This document shows positions 19,743 through 29,428 of a stretch of DNA of 64,000 nucleotides, piece by piece (positions within the stretch are counted from its first letter, which is position 1; each line of letters begins with the position of its first letter). Where the stretch lies: NCBI GenBank assembly GCA_009885525.1, contig VFKN01000077.1:5779-69778 (forward strand). Reading direction: 5' to 3'. The notes beneath the pieces were generated by a model that had not been told where the DNA came from, did not search any database, and was given only the letters and a program-made list of their open reading frames with translations. The DNA comes from Anaerolineaceae bacterium (GTDB lineage Bacteria > Chloroflexota > Anaerolineae > Anaerolineales > Villigracilaceae). Both the position numbers and the translations under genes were made by a program.

Positions 19743-20376
19743 CAGGGATAAATTTTACGATGTCGCTGGGGGAAAATAAAAACGGGGAGGTACTTGTTGG
19801 GTCAAATAATTTTAGCGGAGTCCAGCCGATGAGCTGCCAGCCGCCGGGTGAATCGAGCGGATAGATTCCCGTCTGCGAACCGGCGATGGCGACTGTGCCT
19901 GCGCGCACCGAAGTCCGCGGAGTTTCGAGGCGCGGCATAATCAGCCGTTCATCCAATGTGCCCAAGTACGGGAAGCCGGGAGTGAAGCCCATCATGTACA
20001 CGGTGTATTCGCGCGCGCTGTGGATTTGAATCACATCGGCGGGAGAAATCCCTTTGGATGCCGCAACCGCTTCGAGGTCGGGACCAAACGCGTTTCCGTA
20101 TCTGACAGGCACTTCGATGCGGCGCGGCGTCCGGTGGTAGGAATCATCCAGTTGATTTAATTTATCCAGCGCCCAATGAGTCACTTGATCGAATGTCAAT
20201 TGCAGTGGATCGTAGTGAATCAGCAGCGTGCAATATGCGGGGATAGTTTCGATAATGCCCGCGATGATGTTTGCGTGCAAAAGCGCGTTGAGCGCATGCA
20301 CGCGCTGATTGATCGCGGGATTTATTTCAGCGCCCAACTCGACGAGCAAAGCAGAATCACCGAGCGGCTTGAGCAT
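19723..20376 (-). CDS. pxpB: 5-oxoprolinase subunit B
   Basis: PLGDSA, GFTPGFPYL and YPLDSPGGWQLIG. Confidence 0.92.
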   Translation of the reverse strand: MLKPLGDSALLVELGAEINPAINQRVHALNALLHANIIAGIIETIPAYCTLLIHYDPLQLTFDQVTHWALDKLNQLDDSYHRTPRRIEVPVRYGNAFGPDLEAVAASKGISPADVIQIHSAREYTVYMMGFTPGFPYLGTLDERLIMPRLETPRTSVRAGTVAIAGSQTGIYPLDSPGGWQLIGWTPLKLFDPTSTSPFLFSPSDIVKFIPVEDDHA

Positions 20377-20378
20377 GC

Positions 20379-21617
20379 TTACATGATTTTGAAAATTGAA
20401 ATTGATTCGATGTGATAGGTTTGCGGAAATAAATCGAAAGGAGTCACTTCCACCAATTGATAGCCGCCGCCGATTAAGCGCGCCGCGTCGCGCGCCAGTG
20501 TGGATGGGTCACACGAAACATACGCGATGATCTGCGGCTTGATCTCAAGAATCGCATCCAGCGCGTATCTTTCAATTCCGGCGCGCGGCGGATCAACGAT
20601 CATGAATGTTTCACTGTCGAGCCTGCCCGCAAGTCCGGGTAGAACTTCTTCTGCCAGACCTTCGTATAACTCGACGTTTTCAAATTCATCGAGGTTGATG
20701 CCAAAATCTTCGCAGGCTGATTCGGATGCTTCGATGCCGATTATCAGTTCGCATTTTGGTGCGAAGAATTTGCTGAATAAGCCTGCGCCGCAATAAATAT
20801 CCAGTAGGGTTGTAGACATGGAAACAGGTAAACAGGTAAGTAAGTGATTAACCATTTTTTCTGTCATTGCATTATTAACTTGAAAAAACGATGTGGCAGA
20901 AACATGAAAATCTTTTCCGAGAATATTAACGGTGGTGTAATCCTGCCCCGCAATTACTACTGAGTGCTCGTCAAATAAATGCACGACGGAAACATCGGCT
21001 TCAATTTCAAGTTCGGGCGCTTCGGGATTTTCGGATTCGAGGATGACCATTAATTCTTCATCCTGCCCTGCGCGCAGAGAAACGCGCTCCACGTCTTTGT
21101 TCGATTCGAATTGTAGTTCGCGCCAGAAATTATCAATGCTTGTTTCGGGCAAATGACATTCTTCAATGGGGAAAGTCGAATTGCCTTTCGAGTTGATAAA
21201 TCCCAATGCGCCTTCGGCGGTCAAATGAAATTGAACATTATTGCGGTAATTCCACTCCAGCGGCGAAGCGATCATTGGCTTGACGGGCGGGTTTTCGATT
21301 TTGCCAATTCTTTTTAATTGGTCGATCAGGATTTCTGCTTTTGCTTGCAATTGATTTGCATAGGATAGATTTTGATAATGGCATCCGCCGCACGTGACGA
21401 AATGTTTACACTTCGGTTCAATCCTCTCCGGCGCGGATTTAACGACCTCGATGATTTTTCCGCGTGCGAAATTTTTCTTATCCTCGGTCAACTCCACGCG
21501 GACCAATTCGCCGGGCAAGCCAAACGGAACGAAGACTGCGCGCCCATCAGGCAGGCGTCCCATCGATTCGCCGCCATAGGTTAGTTTTTCAAGTTGGATG
21601 TCGTAAGTAGTATTCAT
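20379..21617 (-). CDS. rlmD: 23S rRNA (uracil-5)-methyltransferase RlmD/RumA
   Basis: TRAM domain, C..F..CGGC Fe-S motif, FFQVN, DIYCGAG, DPPRAG, YVSCDP.TLARD and DLFPQTYHIE. Confidence 0.9.
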   Translation of the reverse strand: MNTTYDIQLEKLTYGGESMGRLPDGRAVFVPFGLPGELVRVELTEDKKNFARGKIIEVVKSAPERIEPKCKHFVTCGGCHYQNLSYANQLQAKAEILIDQLKRIGKIENPPVKPMIASPLEWNYRNNVQFHLTAEGALGFINSKGNSTFPIEECHLPETSIDNFWRELQFESNKDVERVSLRAGQDEELMVILESENPEAPELEIEADVSVVHLFDEHSVVIAGQDYTTVNILGKDFHVSATSFFQVNNAMTEKMVNHLLTCLPVSMSTTLLDIYCGAGLFSKFFAPKCELIIGIEASESACEDFGINLDEFENVELYEGLAEEVLPGLAGRLDSETFMIVDPPRAGIERYALDAILEIKPQIIAYVSCDPSTLARDAARLIGGGYQLVEVTPFDLFPQTYHIESISIFKIM

Positions 21618-21637
21618 AATTGAATTATAACTTCAAT

Positions 21638-21675
21638 AAAAAAAGAGGAAAAGCTGATGAATAGCCTTTCCTCTT
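21638..21675 (-). terminator. Probable intrinsic terminator
   Basis: AAGAGGAAAAGCT / AGCCTTTCCTCTT hairpin followed by a T-tract on the minus strand. Confidence 0.55.
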
Positions 21676-21739
21676 ATGGAGTCAATCAGCTTGCTGATTG
21701 ACGTTTCAGCGGCAAGCCACTTTACTCCAGAGTTGCATA

Positions 21740-21910
21740 CTATTTTATAAAGAACGAAAGGGCAACAAGCACAACGACAAAGAAGCCCGCCAATGCGCCG
21801 ATGCGCCGAAGGTCTTTCTTTGTGTTGGTGTAATCGGGGTTGAACTCGACAGGCGCGGCGGGTGTCGCTGCGAAAGTGCGTTCAACGGGTCTTTTGTTTT
21901 TCTTAGCCAT
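21740..21910 (-). CDS. 56-aa small membrane protein (not in the ORF track)
   Basis: AGGAG RBS immediately after the sortase stop. Translates as MAKKNKRPVERTFAATPAAPVEFNPDYTNTKKDLRRIGALAGFFVVVLVALSFFIK*, with one C-terminal TM. Confidence 0.75.
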   Translation of the reverse strand: MAKKNKRPVERTFAATPAAPVEFNPDYTNTKKDLRRIGALAGFFVVVLVALSFFIK

Positions 21911-21921
21911 TTTTATTTCTC

Positions 21922-22839
21922 CTAGTTTTGTAATCGCGCAAAGACGACAATGCGCTGTTTATCAACAAGATATGGATAGCACGAGATCAATGTCACTGTT
22001 GGGCTGCCGGTGGATGCCATCACTTCCACGGCAGTAGGTTCGACGAGAATGGTGCGGTCAACGATGTAGGTATATTGCCGCTGCTGGGTATATACGACAA
22101 CCTGATCGCCGGGGACGAGTCGATCCAGGTAGCGGAACAATTCGCCGTAAACATCATTATGCGCGGATAATACCACGTTCCCATCCTGCCCCGGGTCTGG
22201 CGAGCCGATGTATTGGCCGACTCCCTTTTTGAGTTGTTCCCACCCGTCGCCTTGCACAATGGGCGCATCCACGTTCAGCGCGGGGATTTGAATTCGCACC
22301 GCCTGGTCCGGCGCGGATGTGGGCACGGCGATATTCGCCAGCGATTGCACCATCGGGCGCAGGTGACTGGGGATTTCAGATTCGTTTGGCGCGGTGTTGC
22401 CTTGCGCGTCGGGCGGGGTATGACCTGAGGGTAATATAACCGCCATCACCAAAGGCGTCGGCGAAGGCGTTACGGGATTGAGTGCCGCAACTACTTCCGT
22501 GTTGAGTGTGCGCAGCAAGCCGAGTCCGTTTAGCAGTACGGCGATCAGACCGACGACTGCCAACACTTCGACGGCGAGCAGGACGCGGTCCATCCACTTG
22601 CGGCGCGGATTTACGGGAGCGGCTTCGGGCGTGGATTCATTCGGCTCGGCGGTATCCACTACGGGGGCGAAACGCTGCGCGTCCGCGTCGAGGTTGGATA
22701 AATCCGGCGTGACCGAGATCACGCGTCCCGTGCGCCGGAAATGTTCCAGCCGCTCCTTGCGCGCGCCGCGTCTTTTTTCGACGAGTAGTCTGCGCAGCTC
22801 TTCCACGGATAATTCTTCGGGCGTTTTACGTCTTGCCAT
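21922..22839 (-). CDS. Sortase (class D/E-like)
   Basis: IQIPALNVDAPI, LSAHN (His), TLISC (Cys) and RIVV (Arg), with an N-terminal TM anchor. Confidence 0.88.
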   Translation of the reverse strand: MARRKTPEELSVEELRRLLVEKRRGARKERLEHFRRTGRVISVTPDLSNLDADAQRFAPVVDTAEPNESTPEAAPVNPRRKWMDRVLLAVEVLAVVGLIAVLLNGLGLLRTLNTEVVAALNPVTPSPTPLVMAVILPSGHTPPDAQGNTAPNESEIPSHLRPMVQSLANIAVPTSAPDQAVRIQIPALNVDAPIVQGDGWEQLKKGVGQYIGSPDPGQDGNVVLSAHNDVYGELFRYLDRLVPGDQVVVYTQQRQYTYIVDRTILVEPTAVEVMASTGSPTVTLISCYPYLVDKQRIVVFARLQN

Positions 22840-22949
22840 AGCGAACGGATTATACCGCAAGCAGTTCGCCGGGCAACTTTTATTTCATGTAAAATAGGAT
22901 TAAACTCATTTTCTATTCATATACTGCCGATAATATTTTATTGCGTATT

Positions 22950-23081
22950 GTAACTATTCAGCCATGTCATTGCGAGGAGGGCTCTTGCTCTTCCCGACGA
23001 AGCAATCTTGGTGAGGAGACTGCTTCGGCAAGAACAAGAGCGCCTCGCAGCGACATGCTTGCGAGGGGCTGAGTAGTTAAC
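22950..23081. mobile_element. MITE-like element (132 bp) carrying TGTCATTGCGAG REP-like palindrome
   Basis: IRs GTAACTATTCAGCC / GGCTGAGTAGTTAAC. Direct repeat TGCGTATT(G) at 22942 and 23082. Cargo at 22965-23055. Confidence 0.85.
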
Positions 23082-23116
23082 TGCGTATTGAATATTCAAT
23101 TTAAGAAGGAGAATAA

Positions 23117-23884
23117 ATGATTAATACACAGGATCGGGAACGGACCTTGATGATCCAACCGAAATGGGCTTTATATATTTTTGGCGGAATGGAGATCATC
23201 GTGGTCGTCCTGAGTCTGATCGGTCAATATCTAAGGATGTTTCCGGATTCGTACAGCATCCATTCCCCGTTTCAGGAAAAACTTCTTCATGATTTTATCT
23301 GGGGATTCGATGTTAATTCGGAAGCCAATATAACCACCTATTACAGTGTCTCTGCGGCAATGGCGTCGGCTTTGCTCTTGTTCATCATTGCCTGTTTAAA
23401 AAATGCGACCAAAGATCGCTATCGATTTTATTGGGCTGCGCTGGCCGGACTGTTATTGTATATGTCCATGGATGATGCTTCGGTGATCCACGAAAAAGTC
23501 AGCAAGTATTTAAAAGGCGTTTCGGATATGGGCGGTTGGTTCGAATATAAATGGGTGATCGTTGGGCTGGCTGTGATCGGGCTGCTCGTCATTGGGTTCT
23601 TTCGGTTCTGGCTGCACCTTGATAATAAATACAAGTTTCTTTTTGTGGCATCTGCCGCCTTGTATTTTGGCGGAGCGGTGGGCGCGGAAATTCTTGGCGG
23701 ACGCTGGGCGTATTCCAACGGTTCAAAAAATTTCACTTATGTGCTGTTCAACACCTTTGAGCAGAGCCTGCAATACGGCGGATTAACTTTGCTGGCTTAT
23801 TCCCTGCTGCTTTACATACAATCTTATTTTCCGCGGTTTTCTGTTTCCGCAGCGGATGCTCAACTCAAGCGGGAGAATCAATGA
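23117..23884 (+). CDS. Multi-pass membrane protein
   Basis: AAGGAG RBS, about 7 TMs, and an SMDDASVIHE motif. Confidence 0.78.
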   Translation: MINTQDRERTLMIQPKWALYIFGGMEIIVVVLSLIGQYLRMFPDSYSIHSPFQEKLLHDFIWGFDVNSEANITTYYSVSAAMASALLLFIIACLKNATKDRYRFYWAALAGLLLYMSMDDASVIHEKVSKYLKGVSDMGGWFEYKWVIVGLAVIGLLVIGFFRFWLHLDNKYKFLFVASAALYFGGAVGAEILGGRWAYSNGSKNFTYVLFNTFEQSLQYGGLTLLAYSLLLYIQSYFPRFSVSAADAQLKRENQ

Positions 23885-24603
23885 TGAATACGCAAAATTC
23901 AGAACCATCCCTGATTATCCAGCCGAAGCGGATTTTGTATTTCCTGGGCGGCGCCGGGATTATTCTCGTAGTTCTTAGTTTCTTCAGCCAATATATAAGA
24001 CTATTCCCGGATTCGTTCACGACGCATATTCCCTTTAAAGCATATCTCACCGATGATTTCATCTCGGAATTTGATTTCAACGGGCAGCCCGATATTGTCA
24101 TTTATTACAATGTTTTGCTGTTGAATATCGCGGCTTGTTTGCTTTTCGTCATTGCTTATTTTAAAAACACTATTAAGGATGCTTATCGAACCTACTGGAC
24201 TGCGCTGGCTTGGATTGTTTTGTTCTTCGCAATCGATAATCTGGCTGTGATTTACAAAAAAATAGAAGTGCTTTTTCGGGATCAGTTCGCCACGGGTAAA
24301 TTCACAGGCGCAATTGGAGTGGGTGTAGCGATCATCATCTTTGCCGCCATATTCTTCCGATTCTGGCAGCATCTTGATGTTAAATATAAACTTCTCTTCA
24401 TATCTTCTTTTGCCTTATATTTTGCGGGAACATTGGGAGAGAAAATCACTACAATATATTCTGCGAAGCGATTTTCTTATGCGCTGTTTCTCACCCTTGA
24501 ACAGGGGCTGCAATATGGCGGAGCAACGTTGCTGATCTATACACTGCTTCTTTATATGCCGTCTTCTTTCCCGCGTTTTTTTGTCTCGACAAAACCTAAC
24601 TGA
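23881..24603 (+). CDS. Multi-pass membrane protein, paralog of upstream gene
   Basis: Shares IQPK, QY.R.FPDS, KD.YR.YW.AL, RFW.HLD.KYK and EQ.LQYGG.TLL with 23117..23884. Confidence 0.78.
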   Translation: MMNTQNSEPSLIIQPKRILYFLGGAGIILVVLSFFSQYIRLFPDSFTTHIPFKAYLTDDFISEFDFNGQPDIVIYYNVLLLNIAACLLFVIAYFKNTIKDAYRTYWTALAWIVLFFAIDNLAVIYKKIEVLFRDQFATGKFTGAIGVGVAIIIFAAIFFRFWQHLDVKYKLLFISSFALYFAGTLGEKITTIYSAKRFSYALFLTLEQGLQYGGATLLIYTLLLYMPSSFPRFFVSTKPN

Positions 24604-24629
24604 CAAGAGCAAGATTCAAATAAATAGTC

Positions 24630-24662
24630 AAAACTCGGAAGTCCCAAAGACTTCCGAGTTTT
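24630..24662. terminator. Bidirectional hairpin / REP-like palindrome
   Basis: AAAACTCGGAAGTC / GACTTCCGAGTTTT perfect 14-bp inverted repeat between convergent genes. Confidence 0.7.
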
Positions 24663-24674
24663 ATTTAACCATCG

Positions 24675-26189
24675 TTACTTTCCCAACCCCAATTCGGGAA
24701 TTGGCATTAGCGTATCCTGATACAGCCAATTATCGAAGAACTGTTTTAAATCTTTTCCGCTGACTTCCTCCGCGACGGCGATGAAATCTTTAGTAGAGGC
24801 ATTGCCGCCTTTGTATCTGTCATAATAGGTTTTGAGGATTTTGAAAAACGCGTCATCGCCGACTTCAAGGCGCAGCGCGTGCAGGGTCAATCCGCCGCGA
24901 GAATAAACTCCGCCGTTGAAGAGGTCATCCGCGCGCGGATTTCCGGGGGCGGGGAAATATTCGGGAAAGGCTTTCACTTCGTTATAAATATATTTTATCC
25001 ATTCATCCAATCCTGCGCGTCCATGGAGATGCTCGACCCACAATCCTTCAGAATAAGTCGCGAAGCCTTCATTCAGCCAGATGTCGCTCCAATCTGCCAC
25101 ACTGACGCTATCCCCAAACCATTGATGTGAAAGTTCGTGCGCCACGGTTAGTTCCGTGCCGCTGACATCGTTCAGGTCGATCATATCCATGCCGTAAATG
25201 GAGATGGTCTGATTCTCCAGCGCCGCGCCGAAATCGGTATTCATCACCAGCGAGCCGTACACTTCAAATGGATAGGGTCCAAAAATCTGGCTGAAATAAT
25301 CCAGCATTTCACCCTGACGCGCAAAAGGTCTGTTGACACCTTTGGGCAAATTTATTTCATAATAATTGCGGATCGGAATTCCGCTTGGCGATTGCATGGT
25401 CTCTTCGTTGAATTCGCCAATATTTATCGTCGCCAGATAACTCGCCATCGGGTCGCGCAATTTGAAAAGATAAGTGGTCGTATCACCGTTATCTTTTTTA
25501 TCACTCAACACGCCGTTGGCCGCAACTTCATAAGGCTTGGGGACAGTCACGCGGAAAGTGAAAAGCGCCTTGTCCGATGGGTGATCGTTGACGGGATAAA
25601 ACGTCGCCGCGCCGTCGGGCTCGCTCAACACGAAGATGCCACCCTCAAATATGACCCATCCCATTTGCACAGGCAGCGATTCGGAATTCATCACTTCGGG
25701 AATGCCTTTATATTCGACCACCACAGTGAATGATTCATTTTTTGCAAGCGGCTTGGCTGGTGTAATCGTCAACTCCTGTCCGCTGCGCGAAAACGCTGCG
25801 GGGTCGCCGTTCACTGTCAGGCTGGTAATATCAAAGCCGATGAAATCCAGGTTGAAAGCAACCAAATCCTGCGTCGCGGTTGCCGCGATGGTTGTTGTCG
25901 CAGTTAAGTCACTTATCGAAACATCGTGGACGGTAATATCCAGTAGGTAATTTTGCACATCATATCCGCCGTTGCCAAAATTCGGATAAAGCGAATCTCC
26001 CGCTCCGGATGATCCCACCTGCGGATTTGATTCTTCGGGCGAAGGAATCCCCGCCTCGGTTACCGCGACCGTCCCCTCCACCGGGTTTGATTCGGGAGCG
26101 CCGATAGCAGTCGTTGGGATGAGTGTTTTGCATGCCAGAGCTGCGGCTGCGATAAAAAGAAGTGCGAGAAGTTTTTTGGCTGTGTTCAT
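24675..26189 (-). CDS. M1 family aminopeptidase, lipoprotein
   Basis: Lipobox ALAC, GAALEN, and HELSHQWFG...WLNEGFATY zinc motif. Start placed at MNTAKK. Confidence 0.9.
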   Translation of the reverse strand: MNTAKKLLALLFIAAAALACKTLIPTTAIGAPESNPVEGTVAVTEAGIPSPEESNPQVGSSGAGDSLYPNFGNGGYDVQNYLLDITVHDVSISDLTATTTIAATATQDLVAFNLDFIGFDITSLTVNGDPAAFSRSGQELTITPAKPLAKNESFTVVVEYKGIPEVMNSESLPVQMGWVIFEGGIFVLSEPDGAATFYPVNDHPSDKALFTFRVTVPKPYEVAANGVLSDKKDNGDTTTYLFKLRDPMASYLATINIGEFNEETMQSPSGIPIRNYYEINLPKGVNRPFARQGEMLDYFSQIFGPYPFEVYGSLVMNTDFGAALENQTISIYGMDMIDLNDVSGTELTVAHELSHQWFGDSVSVADWSDIWLNEGFATYSEGLWVEHLHGRAGLDEWIKYIYNEVKAFPEYFPAPGNPRADDLFNGGVYSRGGLTLHALRLEVGDDAFFKILKTYYDRYKGGNASTKDFIAVAEEVSGKDLKQFFDNWLYQDTLMPIPELGLGK

Positions 26190-26256
26190 GAAATTCCTTT
26201 TTATTTGATCAATCAATTGTAAGCGTGTTTTGAAAGTCTTTAGGTACAATGGATAA

Positions 26257-26398
26257 TTCACCTTACGTAAGCAAAACTCCGAAGGAGTGGAATGATTATA
26301 GATTTGTGAAAAATCGGCACGATAACCCCGAAGGGGTGACATGTTTTTATGAAGCAAACCATGTCATCCCTTCGGGATTGAGTTCTGCGTAATGTGAG
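26257..26398. mobile_element. MITE-like element (142 bp) with REP-like cargo
   Basis: IRs TTCACCTTACGTA / TGCGTAATGTGAG. 7-bp direct repeat TGGATAA at 26250 and 26399. Cargo AACCCCGAAGGGGTGACATG...CATGTCATCCCTTCGGGATT. Confidence 0.75.
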
Positions 26399-26421
26399 TG
26401 GATAAAAGTTTCAGGAGTCCC

Positions 26422-27066
26422 ATGACCGCATCCCCTTTATTTCAATTTGCCTTGCTCAGTTTTGTTTCCATGTTCACGATGGTTAACCCGATCGGCGTGA
26501 TCCCCGTTTTTACCGCCATGACCGCAAAGTTATCGCCACAGGAGTCGCATCGCGTGGCGCGCAAAGCATCGTTGACTGCGGTGTTTATCCTGCTGGCCTT
26601 CGCGTTAACGGGACAATGGATATTCCGCTTCTTTTCCATTTCCACAAATAGTTTACGCGTCGTCGGCGGAATCATTTTCTTTTTAATGGGATATGAAATG
26701 CTGCAAGCGCGCCTGACGCGCACGCAATTTGACGACGAAACAAATCACGAATACATTAACGACATTTCCATTACCCCTTTGGGCATCCCCATCATCTGCG
26801 GCCCCGGCGCGATCACCACATCCATTTTGTTGATGAACGAAGCGCAATCCCCCATTGAATATGGAATTGTGCTGGGGGTGATCATGCTGTTGGTTTTTGT
26901 CACCTATCTTTTTCTGATCGGCGCAAAGCAGGTCACGCATCTCATCGGCGAGAACGGCAACAAGGTGATGCTGCGCCTGATGGGCTTGATCGTAATGGTC
27001 ATCGCGGTGGAGTTTTTCTTCAGCGGTTTGACTCCGATCATCCGCGCGATGTTGAAGATACCGTAG
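26422..27066 (+). CDS. MarC family membrane protein
   Basis: NPIG, GGIIFF, TPLGIPIICGPGAI and RLMGLI..IAVE motifs. Confidence 0.9.
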   Translation: MTASPLFQFALLSFVSMFTMVNPIGVIPVFTAMTAKLSPQESHRVARKASLTAVFILLAFALTGQWIFRFFSISTNSLRVVGGIIFFLMGYEMLQARLTRTQFDDETNHEYINDISITPLGIPIICGPGAITTSILLMNEAQSPIEYGIVLGVIMLLVFVTYLFLIGAKQVTHLIGENGNKVMLRLMGLIVMVIAVEFFFSGLTPIIRAMLKIP

Positions 27067-27070
27067 AGTG

Positions 27071-27158
27071 TGTCATTGCGAGGGAGCGGAGCGACCGAAG
27101 CAATCTCCTAGCCTACGAAGATTGCTTCGTCGGAAAGGTCATCCTCCTCGCAATGACA
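27071..27158. repeat. REP-like cruciform palindrome (TGTCATTGCGAG family), without MITE ends
   Basis: TGTCATTGCGAGG...GAAGCAATCT...AGATTGCTTCG...CCTCGCAATGACA. Confidence 0.85.
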
Positions 27159-27159
27159 T

Positions 27160-27810
27160 CTAATCCTTGCCTTCCCATTCCTGCATAAACTGATCCAAAA
27201 AGCGGAGCATGACCTCGTGTCTTTCCTCCGCTATTTTTTTTGCAGTGGCTGTATTCATCATATCTTTGAGCAGCAATAATTTTTCATAGAAGTGATTGAT
27301 GGTTGCACTCTTACTGTTTTTATATTGCTCAAAAGTCGCGTGCATTTCCGGCGGAGAATCGGGGTCGTACATCATGCGGTTTTTATATCCGCCATACGCA
27401 AACGCGCGCCCGATGCCGATCGCACCGATGGCATCCAATCTGTCCGCGTCCTGTACGATAAAGCCCTCAAGCGAGTTCATTTTATTTTCCACGCCCGCGC
27501 CTTTGTATGAGATGTGCGTGATGATCTCACATACACGCGCATTGATTTTTAAATCTACGCCGCAGGATTCCATCCACGCTTGTGCGCGGCGCGGAGTTTC
27601 ATCTTCGCTTGCATTAAATTTCCAGTCGTCGAGATCGTGCAACAGCGCGGCGAGTTCCACGATGAAAGCATCCGCGTTCTCGTGTTCACTGATCGCCAGC
27701 GCATTCTTCCACACGCGGTAAATGTGCCACCAATCATGCCCCGATGAGTCATCTTGAAATTCCTGTTTGATATATTCGGCTGTCTTTTGGATGATGAGAT
27801 TTTTATTCAT
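27160..27810 (-). CDS. HD-domain phosphohydrolase (YedJ/YpgQ-like)
   Basis: GHDWWHIYRV, ALLHD, QDADRLDAIGAIG and HFYEKLL. Confidence 0.88.
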   Translation of the reverse strand: MNKNLIIQKTAEYIKQEFQDDSSGHDWWHIYRVWKNALAISEHENADAFIVELAALLHDLDDWKFNASEDETPRRAQAWMESCGVDLKINARVCEIITHISYKGAGVENKMNSLEGFIVQDADRLDAIGAIGIGRAFAYGGYKNRMMYDPDSPPEMHATFEQYKNSKSATINHFYEKLLLLKDMMNTATAKKIAEERHEVMLRFLDQFMQEWEGKD

Positions 27811-27859
27811 AATTAGGTTTTGTAGCGCGACATAAATGTCGCGCTACGGGTTGTCATGC

Positions 27860-28330
27860 TTATTTTTTCAAAACGCACAACGCTTGACGAATCTCGCCGA
27901 GGTGATAGGCGGTATGCACCACAATCCCCATTGAACCGCCGATGGTGTCTTCATTCCACGTTGGGTTCTCGCGGAATAATTGATTGATGCGCTGATAGGT
28001 GCTTTTCAATTTTTCTTGAATCGCATTCCATTCTTCCGGCGTGACCTTTTCAATTGTGCGCCAGATTTCACCCCAATCTACGCGGGAGGTGTCGTTGTGA
28101 ACGACGTAACGCTCCAGCACTTCGAGGTAAAAGGTGACGTGCGCAACCTGTGCTGCGAGCGAAGCGCACTTCCCGCCAACGGGATTTGATGCCTCTTCTG
28201 CGGAGATGGTCTCTAGCGTTTGGAAAAGCGATGTGTCCTTATCCAAATAAATTCCGCGCGGCTTTTCAAAAGTCTCTTCCAGCAGCGCGAACAATGAGTT
28301 TACATAATCTTCGTGTTTGATTGTTTCCAT
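27860..28330 (-). CDS. DinB-like four-helix protein
   Basis: SLAAQVAH and H.AYHLGEIRQ metal-binding pattern. Confidence 0.75.
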   Translation of the reverse strand: METIKHEDYVNSLFALLEETFEKPRGIYLDKDTSLFQTLETISAEEASNPVGGKCASLAAQVAHVTFYLEVLERYVVHNDTSRVDWGEIWRTIEKVTPEEWNAIQEKLKSTYQRINQLFRENPTWNEDTIGGSMGIVVHTAYHLGEIRQALCVLKK

Positions 28331-28334
28331 GAGG

Positions 28335-28904
28335 TTATCCGGCGTCTTCAAAAGCGGATTTGATCCACGCGATCAGTTCTGAGTTTACCTCCTTCGCATC
28401 AGTCACGTTGACAATGTAGTTGCACATGCTGCCTTTGGGCTGTTCCAGCAGGCGTGCGTTTTTCTTGAAATCTTTTGCGTTAATCCCCACTTCAAAACGC
28501 GTATTGGTTTTTGGTCCGATCATGGCAAATTGTTTCTTGCGCCGCAAACTAACATATCCTTTTTTTGGTAACACTTCAAATTCGCCGAACTTAACGATCT
28601 CTTTCATCAACGCGTCGTGGATGGGGCGCATGGCTACTTTTGCGCCCGTATAAATTTCGTCGAGCACATCCACTTGACTTTTGTTTTCAGCCGCACGCGT
28701 GCCATCTGATTGCAAGACTGCGTGGACAAGTGCGTTTGCATCGCCATGACCGAGCCCAAGTTTTTCCTTGAGCATGTCACGGATCTCGCCGTGTTTGGTC
28801 AGCCCGCTTTTCTTGACGATTGCGGATAACTCTTCCAAAGATTGCCCCGTCTTCTTCTGAATATTATTGATCTGCGTTTGGGTGGCTTGTTCAAGGCTGC
28901 TCAT
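28335..28904 (-). CDS. DUF4287/DUF5655-like protein
   Basis: NIQKKTG..., KHGEIR..LK..LGLGHGDAN N-domain and PKKGYVSLRRKKQFA C-domain. Confidence 0.75.
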   Translation of the reverse strand: MSSLEQATQTQINNIQKKTGQSLEELSAIVKKSGLTKHGEIRDMLKEKLGLGHGDANALVHAVLQSDGTRAAENKSQVDVLDEIYTGAKVAMRPIHDALMKEIVKFGEFEVLPKKGYVSLRRKKQFAMIGPKTNTRFEVGINAKDFKKNARLLEQPKGSMCNYIVNVTDAKEVNSELIAWIKSAFEDAG

Positions 28905-29049
28905 AAGATTATCTCCTTTGATGAAATCGGATAATTTAAGTGCGGATATTATAGAACGTATTTTCTGAAAATGCAAACGATATTTTCTTTGACGTGTGCG
29001 ATCTTTTTATTTTTCGCTTCCGCGTTTGTCAATTCCGTTCATGTCAAAC

Positions 29050-29225
29050 CATCAACGCCGTAAATCACATGGCTCATCTGATGCAAAATTGTCGTTCAAA
29101 CGATTGGCGCAAGGTTTTGTAAAAGCGCTAGAATATCTATCATGGGCTTCTCCGGTTTTGTTTGTTTTGCAAACACACTTTCTGAAAAGCCATACTTTTT
29201 TACTCTCAATTTGGCGGAGGTCTTG
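29050..29225 (-). mobile_element. Degenerate IS left end with transposase 5' remnant
   Basis: Candidate IR CAAGACCTCCGCCAA (minus strand, 29211-29225), followed by GGAG RBS and MIDILALLQNLAPIV*TTILHQMSHVIYG. This resembles, from recollection, N-termini of IS4/IS701-like DDE transposases. It has an in-frame stop. Confidence 0.5.
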
Positions 29226-29428
29226 AATAAGGCTTGCTTTTATGCATTCTATTACGCCCGCATATTTTATTACTTTCCTGCCGGGATGAATTTCTCCGTG
29301 ATTTTCGTGTTGTAACTTATTTTTCACTCACGATAAATTAAGGATATTCCGCCCAAATCCTTGCTGCTGACCGTTGAACTTAACAGCGGGATAAAATTCC
29401 CAATTTTTTTCTGCATGATTGTACTCCC

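Noticed and set aside
29052-29327. 91-aa ORF as a real gene
   Set aside because: It has no recognisable motifs and runs across the candidate IS end, so it is probably spurious.
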